DNA of 64,000 nucleotides from Clostridiales bacterium (lineage in GTDB: Bacteria > Bacillota > Clostridia > Christensenellales > CAG-138). The stretch spans positions 11,106-75,105 of the forward strand of contig JAAYUE010000013.1 in assembly GCA_012517905.1 (NCBI GenBank). The letters are read 5' to 3'. Below the pieces are notes generated by a model. That model was not told the DNA's origin and did no database searches. It saw only the letters and a list, made by a program, of their open reading frames with translations. Shown one piece after another: positions 34,486 through 44,658 of the stretch. Position numbers and translations under genes: made by a program. The first letter of the stretch is position 1, and every line of letters starts with the position of its first letter.

Positions 34486-35123
34486 CGATGGAAAGCGGAA
34501 CCGGCGGCAAATGCGCGCTGGAAGAGGCGTATACGAACGAACGCGCGCGGCTCTTTCCTCTCGCGGCGAAGGACGATCCGCAGGGAGAATACCGCAAGCC
34601 GGTGTTCGGCGAAGGCGTGCACGGCGCAAAGATTCTGCTCATCGGGGAAGCGCCGGGCGCGGAGGAGACCAAGCTCGGCCACCCGTTCGTCGGCAAGGCC
34701 GGCAAGCAGCTCGACGCGCTGTTCTGCCGCTTCGGCGTGATGCGCGAGGACGTGTTCATCACAAACGTGGTGAAGTATCGTCCCGTCGTCCGCTCGCAGC
34801 AATCCGTTCGCAACAGAACGCCGCAGCCCACGGAGATCAAAGCCGCGCTGCCGCTGCTTTCGCGCGAAATCGAGCTGATTCGGCCGAAGCTGATCCTCAC
34901 GCTCGGCAACACGCCGCTCAAGGCCATTTTTTCGCTTGCGTGCCGGAAACCGCCCGTCATCGGCGCGGCGCACGGAACGCTGCTGCCGCTCGTCATCGAC
35001 GGGCAGGACGTGTCCCTGATTCCGCTGTATCACCCCGCAAGCGGGATCTATAACCGCGCGCTGGTCGAGGTGATGGAGCAGGACGCCGCGTTTGTCGGCG
35101 AAGCGGTGCGCCGGCTCGGCTGA
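34482..35123 (+). CDS. family 4 uracil-DNA glycosylase
   Basis: The GEAPGAEE...PFVGKAGKQLD motif A and the LYHPAS motif B. Its start overlaps the PBP stop (GTG 34482 or ATG 34488). Confidence 0.85.
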   Translation: MTMESGTGGKCALEEAYTNERARLFPLAAKDDPQGEYRKPVFGEGVHGAKILLIGEAPGAEETKLGHPFVGKAGKQLDALFCRFGVMREDVFITNVVKYRPVVRSQQSVRNRTPQPTEIKAALPLLSREIELIRPKLILTLGNTPLKAIFSLACRKPPVIGAAHGTLLPLVIDGQDVSLIPLYHPASGIYNRALVEVMEQDAAFVGEAVRRLG

Positions 35124-35221
35124 TTCGGCCGATTTGCGGCATAAACGCGCCGCCACTGTACGGTTTATGCCATTCTATGATATACTCAACTACAGGATTG
35201 ATTACATACAAGGAGCAGACT

Positions 35222-35902
35222 ATGGCGCAGAAAGTTTTAATTGCTGACGACGATCAGGTCGTACACGAGGCGCTTGGCATTTATCTCAAAGCCGAGGGGT
35301 TTGAGGTTGTGGATGCGTTCGACGGCGTTTCCGCGCTCGAAAGCATCACGCCGGAGGTTGTGCTCTGCGTGCTGGATATCATGATGCCCAAGATGAGCTG
35401 CATCGAAGTGTGCCGCGAGATTCGCAAAACCTCGCAGCTGCCGATTCTCATGCTCACGGCGAAGGGGGAGGAGATCGACCGCATTGTCGGTCTGGAGCTC
35501 GGCGCGGACGACTATATCGTGAAGCCCTTCAGTCCGCGCGAAGTGGTCGCGCGCATCAAGGCGGTGCTCCGCCGCGCGAGCGAACAGCCCAAGAGCGACT
35601 CGAGCGTGATCAGCTACAACGGCCTTACCATCGACCTCAAGAGCTACACGGTCACCCTGCGCGGCCAGCCCGTGATTTGCACGCCCAAAGAGATCGAAAT
35701 TCTGCATATGCTCGCCTCCAACCCGGGGCAGGTGTTCACGCGCGAGCAGCTGCTTTCCCGCGTCTGGGGATACGACTTTGCGGGTGAAACGCGGACCGTG
35801 GACACGCACATCAAGCGCATCCGCGCAAAGCTGGATTCCACCGGCCTCGGCTGGAGCATCAAAACCATCTACGGCGTCGGCTATAAGTTTGAAACCGAAT
35901 AA
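35222..35902 (+). CDS. OmpR-family response regulator (pair 1)
   Basis: The receiver domain has DDD...D...K (LIADDDQ, VLDIMMP, KPF). The C-terminal winged helix has TVDTHIKRIRAK...YGVGYKF. Confidence 0.92.
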   Translation: MAQKVLIADDDQVVHEALGIYLKAEGFEVVDAFDGVSALESITPEVVLCVLDIMMPKMSCIEVCREIRKTSQLPILMLTAKGEEIDRIVGLELGADDYIVKPFSPREVVARIKAVLRRASEQPKSDSSVISYNGLTIDLKSYTVTLRGQPVICTPKEIEILHMLASNPGQVFTREQLLSRVWGYDFAGETRTVDTHIKRIRAKLDSTGLGWSIKTIYGVGYKFETE

Positions 35903-35917
35903 CGCCATCTTCCTTTC

Positions 35918-37825
35918 ATGCGCAGCGTATTCTACTGGCGAATCCTAATCGTATCGATCATCGCATTGCTGCTGGCAAACGTCATTTTGCTGGCGGCTTA
36001 TACGTATGTCGGCAAAAACACCTACATCTCCATCGAGATGGCAAATCTCGAGCCGGAGGCCGAGGTCACCCGCCAGATCTACGAGGAATACAAAAACGGA
36101 TATATGGACGAGGACGCGTTTCAGCGGCTGATCGAAAAGCAGACGCTCGCCAGCGAGTCCGCCATCATGATCGCCGACGTGCTCGGAAAGCCGCTCATCG
36201 TGCGCAACCTCGGCAGCACCGTGGATATTCAGGACTTCGGCGAATACTACCGCGCCGAAATTCAGAATATCCTCCGCGGAAAGACGGTGGAAAACAACGA
36301 TCTCAAGCTGCTCAACGGCGAAACGGCGGTCTCGGTCGGCATCCCCGTACGCGATACGGACGGTAACGTGACCGGTGGCATCCTCGTCATCAAGCAGATC
36401 AAGCGGATTCAGTCCGCCTTCAACCAACTCAACAACGTGCTGACAGGCACGATCTTCGCGATCATGCCCGTGGTCATGCTGCTCGTCGCGGTGAGCACAA
36501 ACCGGCTTTCCAAGCCGCTGCACGACATGAGCAACGCCGCCATCGAAATGTCAAAAGGGCACTTTGACGTGCGCGCAAACGAGAAAGCGACCGGCGAAAT
36601 CGGAATACTGGCGCGCGCCTTGAATACCCTCTGCGACAACCTTGCGCAGACCATCTACCAGCTCCAGAGCGAAAAGCGGCAGTTGAATCAGCTGCTTTCG
36701 AGCTTTACGGACGGCGTCGCCGCCATCGACAACATCGGCTGCCTGACGCACTACAATCCCGCGCTCATGAAGATGTTCGGCGCGGTCGAGGTCAAGGTTC
36801 CGATGGACCTCGTGCCGGACGCGTCCATCTGGGAGCTGTTCCGCTCGGTCTACGACACGCGCGAACCCGCCAGCATGCACTACTCGCTGCCAAACGAACG
36901 CGCGCTTTGGATCACCATCGTTCCGGTGGTGGACGACGAGGGTGAGTGCACGGGTGTGGTCGGCCTGTTTAAGGACGTGACCGACCTTGAGCGGCTCGAA
37001 AAGACGCGCCGCGACTACGTCGCCAACGTCAGCCACGAGCTGCGGACGCCGCTCACCGCCGTTCGCGGCCTGCTCGAACCGCTTGCCGACGGCATGATTA
37101 CGGACGCGGAGACGCAGCAGCGGTATTACCGGATCATGCTCCGCGAAGTCATTCGTCTGTCCCGCCTGATTACGGATATGCTGGAGCTTTCCCGCCTGCA
37201 GTCCGGAACGGAGCACATGGAGGTCCACGCCGTCAACCTCGAAGAGCTTCTTCAGGACACGCGGCAGAACTACCTCAACGAGGCGGCGCAACGCGGCATC
37301 AGCCTCGTTCTGGACGCGGATGCGGTTCCGTATGCCATGACGGACGAAGACCGCGTAGAGCAGCTGCTGGTCATTCTCATCGACAACGCCATGCGCTACA
37401 CGCCGCAGGGCGGCAGCATCACCATCGGCGCGACGGAGACGGCGGGGGATCGCATCCTCGTGACGGTTTCGGATACCGGATGCGGCATAGACCCCGAGGA
37501 CCTGCCGCATATCTTCGAGCGGTTTTTCAAGACCGACAAATCGCGCAAGGAAGGCGGAACGGGTCTAGGCCTCTCCATCGCCAAACAGATCGTCGATAAG
37601 CTCGGCGAGAATATCTTCGTCGAAAGCAAACCCGGCGAAGGCACGAGTTTCCATTTTACGCTGAAAAAATACATCTCCAACGCCATCGCGCTTGGTCCCG
37701 TCGGCGCCGGAGTGGTGGTGCAGGAAGCGGCCGCGTCGCAAAAGCGCCCGGAGCGCGGTTCGCAGGACGCGCCGTACGAAGTGCTCCCGAAAAAGCCGCA
37801 TAAACCCAGACCGAAAAAGCGATAA
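35918..37825 (+). CDS. sensor histidine kinase (pair 1)
   Basis: Two TM segments flank a ~150-aa sensor domain, followed by a HAMP domain. The H-box is VSHELRTPLTAV, and the N/G boxes are DNAMRYT, DTGCGI and GGTGLGLSI. Confidence 0.92.
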   Translation: MRSVFYWRILIVSIIALLLANVILLAAYTYVGKNTYISIEMANLEPEAEVTRQIYEEYKNGYMDEDAFQRLIEKQTLASESAIMIADVLGKPLIVRNLGSTVDIQDFGEYYRAEIQNILRGKTVENNDLKLLNGETAVSVGIPVRDTDGNVTGGILVIKQIKRIQSAFNQLNNVLTGTIFAIMPVVMLLVAVSTNRLSKPLHDMSNAAIEMSKGHFDVRANEKATGEIGILARALNTLCDNLAQTIYQLQSEKRQLNQLLSSFTDGVAAIDNIGCLTHYNPALMKMFGAVEVKVPMDLVPDASIWELFRSVYDTREPASMHYSLPNERALWITIVPVVDDEGECTGVVGLFKDVTDLERLEKTRRDYVANVSHELRTPLTAVRGLLEPLADGMITDAETQQRYYRIMLREVIRLSRLITDMLELSRLQSGTEHMEVHAVNLEELLQDTRQNYLNEAAQRGISLVLDADAVPYAMTDEDRVEQLLVILIDNAMRYTPQGGSITIGATETAGDRILVTVSDTGCGIDPEDLPHIFERFFKTDKSRKEGGTGLGLSIAKQIVDKLGENIFVESKPGEGTSFHFTLKKYISNAIALGPVGAGVVVQEAAASQKRPERGSQDAPYEVLPKKPHKPRPKKR

Positions 37826-37830
37826 CAGCC

Positions 37831-37861
37831 ATGCGGCGCGGCCTTCCGCGCCGCATTTTTT
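37831..37861 (+). terminator. rho-independent terminator after histidine kinase 1
   Basis: ATGCGGCGCGG-CCTT-CCGCGCCGCAT followed by TTTTTT. Confidence 0.85.
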
Positions 37862-37982
37862 GATGATCGCCCGAACGAATTATGGCAAACCACGCAAACT
37901 TTGATAGGCGCATGCGAAAAACGCGCCGATCTTGACTGAATCGTGTACAATTTCGACAAGCCGTCGAGCTGGATTGAATTGT

Positions 37983-38011
37983 GGCAGAGCGCATACTATA
38001 ATCAAGAAAAA
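37983..38011 (+). promoter_or_regulatory. promoter of the second two-component operon
   Basis: TTGAAT (37983-37988), a 17-nt spacer, then TATAAT (38006-38011). Confidence 0.6.
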
Positions 38012-38023
38012 GGGGGTAGCATC

Positions 38024-38719
38024 ATGCAAAAGAGCGCGCATATTTTGATTTGTGACGATCAGCCGATCATTCACGAGTCGCTTGGCGTATATCTCGAGAG
38101 CGAAGGGTTTACGCATGCCTCCGCCTACAACGGCGTGCAGGCGGTCAAGATGGCGGAAACCGAGTCGCCCGATTTGATTTTGATGGACCTGATGATGCCT
38201 GAGAAAAACGGCATGGATGCCTGCCGCGAGATCCGGCAGAAGAGCTCGGTGCCGATCATCATGCTCACCGCGAAGGGTGAAGAGATCGACAGAGTGGTCG
38301 GGCTGGAGATTGGCGCGGACGACTATATCGTCAAGCCGTTTTCCGCGCGCGAACTCATCGCGCGGATCAAGGCGGTGCTTCGGCGCATTTCGGCCGAACC
38401 CGAGACGGAGGGCAAGACCATCCGCATGGAGGACCTCGAGATCAGCCTGAGCAACTACGAGGTGAAGATCAAGGGGAAGCCCGTGGACTTTACGCCGAAG
38501 GAAGTGGAGATTCTCTACCTGCTGGCGTCGCATCCCGGGCGCGTCTTCGACCGAGAGCAGATTCTCTCCAAGATCTGGGGCTACGATTATTTCGGGGACA
38601 CCCGCGCCGTGGACACGCAGATCAAGCGCATCCGCCAGAAGATCCCTGACGAGGGGCTGAGCTGGGGAATCCGCACCGTGTACGGCGTTGGCTATAAGTT
38701 CGGCGCAAGCGACGCCTGA
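38024..38719 (+). CDS. OmpR-family response regulator (pair 2, paralog of 35222..35902)
   Basis: It shares long near-identical runs with regulator 1, namely MLTAKGEEIDR-VGLE-GADDYIVKPFS and ARIKAVLRR. ATG 38024 follows GGGGG. Confidence 0.92.
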   Translation: MQKSAHILICDDQPIIHESLGVYLESEGFTHASAYNGVQAVKMAETESPDLILMDLMMPEKNGMDACREIRQKSSVPIIMLTAKGEEIDRVVGLEIGADDYIVKPFSARELIARIKAVLRRISAEPETEGKTIRMEDLEISLSNYEVKIKGKPVDFTPKEVEILYLLASHPGRVFDREQILSKIWGYDYFGDTRAVDTQIKRIRQKIPDEGLSWGIRTVYGVGYKFGASDA

Positions 38720-38771
38720 GCAATCGAAACACGGACCGACAGACGCGGAGCAGTCCGCGCCACATGAACGC

Positions 38772-40559
38772 ATGAAGCTGATGGAACAGGCGCGCCTCAA
38801 ACGGGAATCCGACGCGCATCAAAAAAAAGGCTCGATTTTCGAGAAATTCTTATTCTATCTGATCTTTGGATGTGTGCTCACATCCATGATCGGCGTTTTG
38901 GTGTATCTTCTGACCGGCGCCAGCGTGCATGCAAAGCGCATTGCCGACGAAATGCTGCCGCGCGCAGAGTCCATGTCTCGCCTGGCGTCGCGTCTTCAGT
39001 CCGGACAGGTATCCTACGACTCTTTTCTCGACTTTACGCTCAAGGGGCAGCAGGGCACGCGCGTCTATATCTTTGACGAAAACGCCAGCCTCGTGGCCTA
39101 CACCACCGAAAACATCAACATCGCCGAGCCGGTCAGCGACACCATATTGGGCTACGGCAAGCAGGTCGTCGAAACCGGCGAACAGCTCGTCTCCACCAAG
39201 TGGCGCTCTTTGGACGGCGTCGTCGTCGGCGTTGCAATCGAGGACAACATGCAGCGCGTCACCGGCGCCATCCTCATGTCCCGGCCGTCGCTGGAAGTCT
39301 ATACCTCGCTGATGAGCTTCGTCCGCGCGCTGATCCTCAGTTCGCTGATCGCTTCCGTCTGCATGGTGTTTCCCGCATATTTCATCTCGCGTCGGGTCAC
39401 GAACCCCATCCGCACCATGACGCGCGCATCCGCCGCCATGGCCAGCGGCAACTTCTCCGTCCGTGCGGACGAGAGCCGGGACGACGAGATCGGTCTGCTC
39501 GGCGTGGCGCTCAACAATCTTTCCATGCAGGTGCAGCGAAACATCAGCGACCTTGTGCTCGCGCGAAACCGCCTGCATATGATATTGGACGGCCTGCACG
39601 AAGGCGTGCTTGCGCTCGAGGCGGACAATGCGCTGATCTATAAAAACCAGGCCGCTTGCCAGTTGCTCGGCGCCTGCGCGCAAAAGGACCTGCTCGGCGC
39701 GATCGAACCCGTGCTTCCGCTCTGCGAGAAAGTGCGCGACGACGGCGCGGTAAGAACGATGACGCTGAACGCAGGGGAGCGAAAGCTGCTGCTCGTCGTC
39801 TCCAAATCGCAGGAGACCAGCGAGCTTGCGCCGGGCACGGTCATCGTTGCGCAGGACGTGACGGCCGCCGAACGACTGGAACAGACGCGCCGGGATTATG
39901 TTGCAAACGTCAGCCACGAACTGCGCACGCCGATCGCGTCCATCCGCAGCCTCGCGGAAGCGCTCAACGACGGGCTGGTCAAAAAAGAGGACGACCGCTC
40001 CCGCTATTACGGCTATATCCTGCGCGAGTCCATGCGCTTAACAAGGCTGATCAACGACTTGCTTGAGCTTTCCCGCCTGCAGTCCGGCGCGGTCGCGCTG
40101 GAACAGGCGGACTTCCACCTCGACGACGTGGTCAGCGAGGTGGTGGAGCAGACAAGCCTCGTCGCCTCCTACAGCGGCATCCGGGTCACGCAGCGCTGGA
40201 ACTGTGAAAAACCGCTCACGGTGCGCTCCAACAGCGACCGGATCGAACAGGTGCTCGTCGCGCTGATCGACAACGCGATCAAGTTCGCTTCGGACGACGG
40301 CACGGTCGTTCTGGACGTCAGAAAGGACGAGAACGCTTCCTGCGCGGTCGTTTCCGTGATGAATACGGGACACATCCCCGAGCAGCATCTGCCGCATCTG
40401 TTCGAGCGCTTTTATAAGGCGGATATGGCGCATACCGACGGCGGAACGGGCCTCGGCCTTGCGATCGTCCATGAAATCCTCACGCATTTGGGCGAGTCCA
40501 TCGAGGCGGAAAACGAAGGGGAATACGCGGTTTTCCGCTTTACGGTAACGCTTGGCTGA
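38772..40559 (+). CDS. sensor histidine kinase (pair 2, paralog of 35918..37825)
   Basis: The architecture matches kinase 1. The H-box RRDYVANVSHELRTPIASI and the LLELSRLQSG motif are shared with kinase 1. The start is uncertain, as an in-frame start at 38688 would overlap the regulator. Confidence 0.88.
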   Translation: MKLMEQARLKRESDAHQKKGSIFEKFLFYLIFGCVLTSMIGVLVYLLTGASVHAKRIADEMLPRAESMSRLASRLQSGQVSYDSFLDFTLKGQQGTRVYIFDENASLVAYTTENINIAEPVSDTILGYGKQVVETGEQLVSTKWRSLDGVVVGVAIEDNMQRVTGAILMSRPSLEVYTSLMSFVRALILSSLIASVCMVFPAYFISRRVTNPIRTMTRASAAMASGNFSVRADESRDDEIGLLGVALNNLSMQVQRNISDLVLARNRLHMILDGLHEGVLALEADNALIYKNQAACQLLGACAQKDLLGAIEPVLPLCEKVRDDGAVRTMTLNAGERKLLLVVSKSQETSELAPGTVIVAQDVTAAERLEQTRRDYVANVSHELRTPIASIRSLAEALNDGLVKKEDDRSRYYGYILRESMRLTRLINDLLELSRLQSGAVALEQADFHLDDVVSEVVEQTSLVASYSGIRVTQRWNCEKPLTVRSNSDRIEQVLVALIDNAIKFASDDGTVVLDVRKDENASCAVVSVMNTGHIPEQHLPHLFERFYKADMAHTDGGTGLGLAIVHEILTHLGESIEAENEGEYAVFRFTVTLG

Positions 40560-40607
40560 ACAAGCGTCGGTTTGTGAATAATTCAGAAACATGATGATGG
40601 GAAGAAC

Positions 40608-40646
40608 AGGAAACAGTGTCGCCGACATTGTTTCTTGTCTTTTTTC
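40608..40646 (+). terminator. terminator after histidine kinase 2
   Basis: AGGAAACAGTGTC-GCC-GACATTGTTTCT (one G-T wobble) followed by TGTCTTTTTT. Confidence 0.7.
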
Positions 40647-40731
40647 GTGGTATATTTGGTTGAGCGTACGCGCGCGAGTGTTCGCATGCGCACGTGAAAA
40701 GACGCAACAACTGCACGGAGGACGACCCACG

Positions 40732-41964
40732 ATGGAACGCAACGCATACGACGTACTGGAAGAGCGCGGCTTTTTAAAGCAGTGCTCGCATCCCGAAGAA
40801 CTGCGCGATCTGCTCGCCAAGGAAAAAGTCACATTTTATATCGGCTTTGACCCGACGGCGGACAGCCTGCATATCGGCCACTACGTCGCGCTCATGACCA
40901 TGGCGCATATGCAGCGCGCGGGCCACCGGCCGATCGCGTTGCTGGGCAACGGCACGGCGTTCATCGGCGATCCTTCTGGCAAGACCGACATGCGCACGCT
41001 GATGTCGAAGGACCAGCTCAAGCACAACGCCGCGTGTTTTCAGAGGCAGATGTCCCGCCTGATCGACTTTTCGGACGACAAGGCGCTCATCGTTTACAAC
41101 GGAGACTGGCTCTACCCGCTGAATTTTCTCGACTTCATGCGGGATATCGGCGTCTATTTCTCCGTCAACCGCATGCTCACCGCGGAGTGTTACCGCCAGC
41201 GCCTTGAGCGCGGGCTGACGTTCTTTGAGATGGGCTACATGCTCATGCAGAGCTACGACTTTCTCGAGCTCAACCGCCGCTATGGCTGCGTGCTGCAGAT
41301 GGGCGGGGACGATCAGTGGAGCAACATCCTCGGCGGCGCGGATCTCATCCGCCGCAAGGAGCAAAAGCCGGCTTACGCGCTGACCACCGCGCTGCTGACC
41401 ACGAGCGACGGCAAGAAGATGGGAAAGACCGAAAAGGGCGCCGTCTGGCTCGACAAGGAAAAGTGCAGCGTGTTCGATTTTTATCAATACTGGCGCAATG
41501 TCGACGATCAGGACGTCGAACACTGCCTCGCGCTCCTGACATTTTTGCCAATGGACGAGGTGCGCCGCCTCGGTTCGCTGCCCGGCGAACAGATCAACGA
41601 GGCCAAGCTCGTGCTTGCGTACACGTTGACCGCGCAGGTGCACGGCGAGGAAGAGGCGCAAAAAGCGCAATCCGCTGCCGAGGCGCTCTTTGCCGGCGGA
41701 TCGGACAGAAGCGACATCCCGACCTGCGAACTCACGCAGGCGGATATCGAAGCGAGCGGACTGAGGCTGACGGACCTGCTGGTGCTCAGCAAACTTGCCT
41801 CGAGCAAGAGCGACGCGCGCCGGCTCATCGAGGGCGGCGGCGTATTCGTCGGTGACGACAAGGTGGAGAGCGTCTCCGCCGCGCTGAACGCCGGCCAAGT
41901 CGAAGGCGACGGCGTCATCATCCGCAAGGGGAAGAAGAGCTATTGCAGGATTCGGAGAGGCTGA
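40732..41964 (+). CDS. tyrS: tyrosine--tRNA ligase
   Basis: The start is [17 protein letters not shown]. The HIGH motif is LHIGH, the KMSKS-like motif is KMGKT, and there is a C-terminal S4 domain. Track ORF 40591.. is an over-extension. Confidence 0.94.
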   Translation: MERNAYDVLEERGFLKQCSHPEELRDLLAKEKVTFYIGFDPTADSLHIGHYVALMTMAHMQRAGHRPIALLGNGTAFIGDPSGKTDMRTLMSKDQLKHNAACFQRQMSRLIDFSDDKALIVYNGDWLYPLNFLDFMRDIGVYFSVNRMLTAECYRQRLERGLTFFEMGYMLMQSYDFLELNRRYGCVLQMGGDDQWSNILGGADLIRRKEQKPAYALTTALLTTSDGKKMGKTEKGAVWLDKEKCSVFDFYQYWRNVDDQDVEHCLALLTFLPMDEVRRLGSLPGEQINEAKLVLAYTLTAQVHGEEEAQKAQSAAEALFAGGSDRSDIPTCELTQADIEASGLRLTDLLVLSKLASSKSDARRLIEGGGVFVGDDKVESVSAALNAGQVEGDGVIIRKGKKSYCRIRRG

Positions 41965-42590
41965 GGCCCTTTCAAACGATTTATTCGGCCGGAGAAAGCG
42001 AGATTGTGATCAACAAATCCCGCTTTCTTGGCTATTGTTTGCCGGTTGCCAGCGAAGCGCAGGCGCAGGAAGCGCTTTCCGCCATTCGTAAGCGCCACTA
42101 TGACGCGCGGCACTGCTGCTATGCCTTTCGCCTTGCTCAAGGTGGAATCGCCCGCTCGTCGGACGACGGCGAGCCTTCCGGCACGGCCGGCGCGCCGATA
42201 TTGAGCGTGCTCAACGGCGCGGAGGTGGAAAACGCGCTGATCGCCGTGGTGCGCTATTTCGGCGGCGTGCTGCTCGGCACGGGCGGGCTCGTTCGCGCCT
42301 ATGGCAGAGCCGCGTCCGAGGCGCTCGAACACGCGGCGATCGCGCGCATGCAGCTCTGTCGCAGCATCCGCGTCGCCGTGTCCTATCCGAGCTATCACGC
42401 GCTCGAGCCGCTGCTGCGCACGAGCGGATATCCCTGCGAGGCGGACTACGGTGAGCGCGTGACGCTGACGCTACTGCTGCCCGAGGAAGAGGCGGACGCG
42501 TTTATCGCGGCAATCACGCAGCGCACGGACGGCTCCGCCGCGATCGAACCGCTTGGGTTGTCGTTGGAGGCGGTTCCTCTCAACCCTTGA
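41943..42590 (+). CDS. YigZ/IMPACT family protein (UPF0029)
   Basis: INKSRFLGY...[13 protein letters not shown]...[15 protein letters not shown] signature. The start is uncertain: TTG 41943 overlaps the tyrS end by 22 nt. Confidence 0.85.
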   Translation: MQDSERLRPFQTIYSAGESEIVINKSRFLGYCLPVASEAQAQEALSAIRKRHYDARHCCYAFRLAQGGIARSSDDGEPSGTAGAPILSVLNGAEVENALIAVVRYFGGVLLGTGGLVRAYGRAASEALEHAAIARMQLCRSIRVAVSYPSYHALEPLLRTSGYPCEADYGERVTLTLLLPEEEADAFIAAITQRTDGSAAIEPLGLSLEAVPLNP

Positions 42591-42622
42591 GAGAACCAAT
42601 TTTTGTAATCAGGAGAAGACGC

Positions 42623-44656
42623 ATGAAACGAATTTCGGCCTGGAAAGCGGTTTTCGCAAGGATAGTCGGCGCGCTTGTCGTGCTGCTTTGCGTCGTCGTC
42701 TTCATGCCGAGCGCGCATGCGGACGAAGCGCGCATCGATATCACGGCGAACCCGACCGAGCTGCCTGAGGACGGGCCGGTCACGTTTACGTTTGAAATCG
42801 CCAACTACAACGCGGACTATCCCATGACGGACGTTACGATCACCTATAACGGCACGATCTACAACGTGATGCAGGGACAGCAGATTCCGCCGAGCGGCAG
42901 CGCGCGCGATATCACGCTGACGCTCAACGTCACGCAGAGCCAGCTCGGCAAACCCATCACGTTTCTCGTGTCGTGGAACCGCAACGGCGAGCCCGTGAGT
43001 CAGGAGGCGCAGATCACCATTGCGCAGGCGGAAAACCCCGTCATCACCGTCACGCGCACCGCAAATAAGACCAACGCGCGCCCCGGCGAGCAGGTAGTCA
43101 TCACCTATACGATCAAAAACACGACCAAATTCGACATGACGGATATCATGCTGATCGACGAAAACATCAGCGATCTGCCGATCTTCGAGGATGAAACGCT
43201 CCGCGCAAGCAGGACGACGTCCTACGATTTCACCTATACCATGGGGGATGAAAGCGTAACGAGCACCCCGCTGGTCACCTACACGGTCAACGGAAAGACG
43301 AAGACGTTTTCCGCGCTCGATCCGCTGGAGCTGACCATGGTGCTCGTACAGTTGGACTTTGAGGTGCAGGCGGGCACGCCGACGCCGTCCGGCGTTTCAT
43401 TTGCCATAGACGTGAGAAACACCGGCACGCAGGAGATCGGCGACATCACGGTGACGGACGAACGCGCAAACCTGGTCAACGACACTCCGTTTTCGCTTGC
43501 GCCGGGCGAGGACACGACGCTGTCCTATCTCGTCGTTCCGCTCATGACGGAGCCGCTGAGAAACGTTCAGTTCAAGCTCAGCGGCACCGATCCCTTCGGC
43601 GAGGCGTATACGCTCGAACCAGACGACGTTTACGAAGTGTATCCGTATGTGGACGCCTCGCAGATCAGCGTCACCGTCCGTGCGGAGACCGTCACGCCCT
43701 GGACGGCGGAGAGCGGCAAGGTCAGCGCGCGCATCATCATCACCAACCACAGCTCCGTGGAGCTGACCGACATCACCGTTATCGAGACGACCATCGGCGT
43801 GATCAAAAACTACGAAACGCTGCCCGCAGGGGAGACGAGCTTCGATCAGGACGTCGTCCTCGGCTCGCCCCGGAACCTCTCCATCACGGTCAAGGGCTAT
43901 GATCCGACCGGAACGAACCGGGAGCTTGCCAGCTGCGTCATGCCCGTCGCCTACGGAACGGAAGCGACCGCAGAGGCGGAGATCACGCCTCCGCCGAGCG
44001 GCGGCGGTCTTTCGATTTTCGACGGCATCAGCAGCGGTATTACGAAGATCCTCATCGCGCTCGGCGTGCTGATGGTGTTTTCGTTCGTGATCCTCATCGT
44101 GCTCACGGCGATGGAGCGCTCGCGCGCGCCCCGCTGGAACGACGATGACGACGATGACGTCGAGGAGTATTTTCAGGAGCCGCCGCAAAAAAAAGAGCAT
44201 GTCCCATATCAGAGCGCGCCCGACCCCGAGGAGATCAGTTACACCAAGCGCATGCTTGCCATGAAGGACGAGGCGCAGGCGGGAACGGTCAATTCCGAAC
44301 CGTTTCGGCTTCCTCCGCCGGCGAGTCCCGCCGAGCGGCCGCGCGCCGTGACCGCACCGGTTCCGCTGCGCCCGCAGGAGCCGCCGCGGGAACCCAAGCC
44401 GCGTGCGGACGAGGTCGCGGACCGGCTTGTGCAGACGGCGCACTCGCGCTATACCGAGGCGGAGAGCCGCGCGTCGTATCGTCCCGCAAGCGACGCGGTG
44501 AAGCCCTATGAACCGCACCCGAAGCAAACGGCGCAGGTCGCCGCGCCGCGCGTGTTCGACTATAAAAAGCAGCCGAAGCGCCAGCCGTTGCAGAAAAAAA
44601 CGGTGACGCGCGTGCAGCGAAGCATAAAATTTGACACGGACGACGAGGAGTATTGA
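42623..44656 (+). CDS. type I membrane protein with four DUF11-like Ig-fold repeats and a disordered Pro-rich cytoplasmic tail
   Basis: The signal peptide is MKRISAWKAVFARIVGALVVLLCVVVFMPSAHA. Four repeats each end in x-TD(I/V)-T/M-(V/L/I). There is one TM helix (ILIALGVLMVFSFVILIVLTAM) followed by a ~180-aa acidic/Pro-rich tail. Confidence 0.8.
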   Translation: MKRISAWKAVFARIVGALVVLLCVVVFMPSAHADEARIDITANPTELPEDGPVTFTFEIANYNADYPMTDVTITYNGTIYNVMQGQQIPPSGSARDITLTLNVTQSQLGKPITFLVSWNRNGEPVSQEAQITIAQAENPVITVTRTANKTNARPGEQVVITYTIKNTTKFDMTDIMLIDENISDLPIFEDETLRASRTTSYDFTYTMGDESVTSTPLVTYTVNGKTKTFSALDPLELTMVLVQLDFEVQAGTPTPSGVSFAIDVRNTGTQEIGDITVTDERANLVNDTPFSLAPGEDTTLSYLVVPLMTEPLRNVQFKLSGTDPFGEAYTLEPDDVYEVYPYVDASQISVTVRAETVTPWTAESGKVSARIIITNHSSVELTDITVIETTIGVIKNYETLPAGETSFDQDVVLGSPRNLSITVKGYDPTGTNRELASCVMPVAYGTEATAEAEITPPPSGGGLSIFDGISSGITKILIALGVLMVFSFVILIVLTAMERSRAPRWNDDDDDDVEEYFQEPPQKKEHVPYQSAPDPEEISYTKRMLAMKDEAQAGTVNSEPFRLPPPASPAERPRAVTAPVPLRPQEPPREPKPRADEVADRLVQTAHSRYTEAESRASYRPASDAVKPYEPHPKQTAQVAAPRVFDYKKQPKRQPLQKKTVTRVQRSIKFDTDDEEY

Positions 44657-44658
44657 AT

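Noticed and set aside
40560-40731. A T-box leader upstream of tyrS, and similarly upstream of glyA at 28116-28220.
   Set aside because: The spacers are too short (about 85 nt after the terminator, and 105 nt). They contain no AGGGTGGNACCGCG box and no terminator/antiterminator pair.
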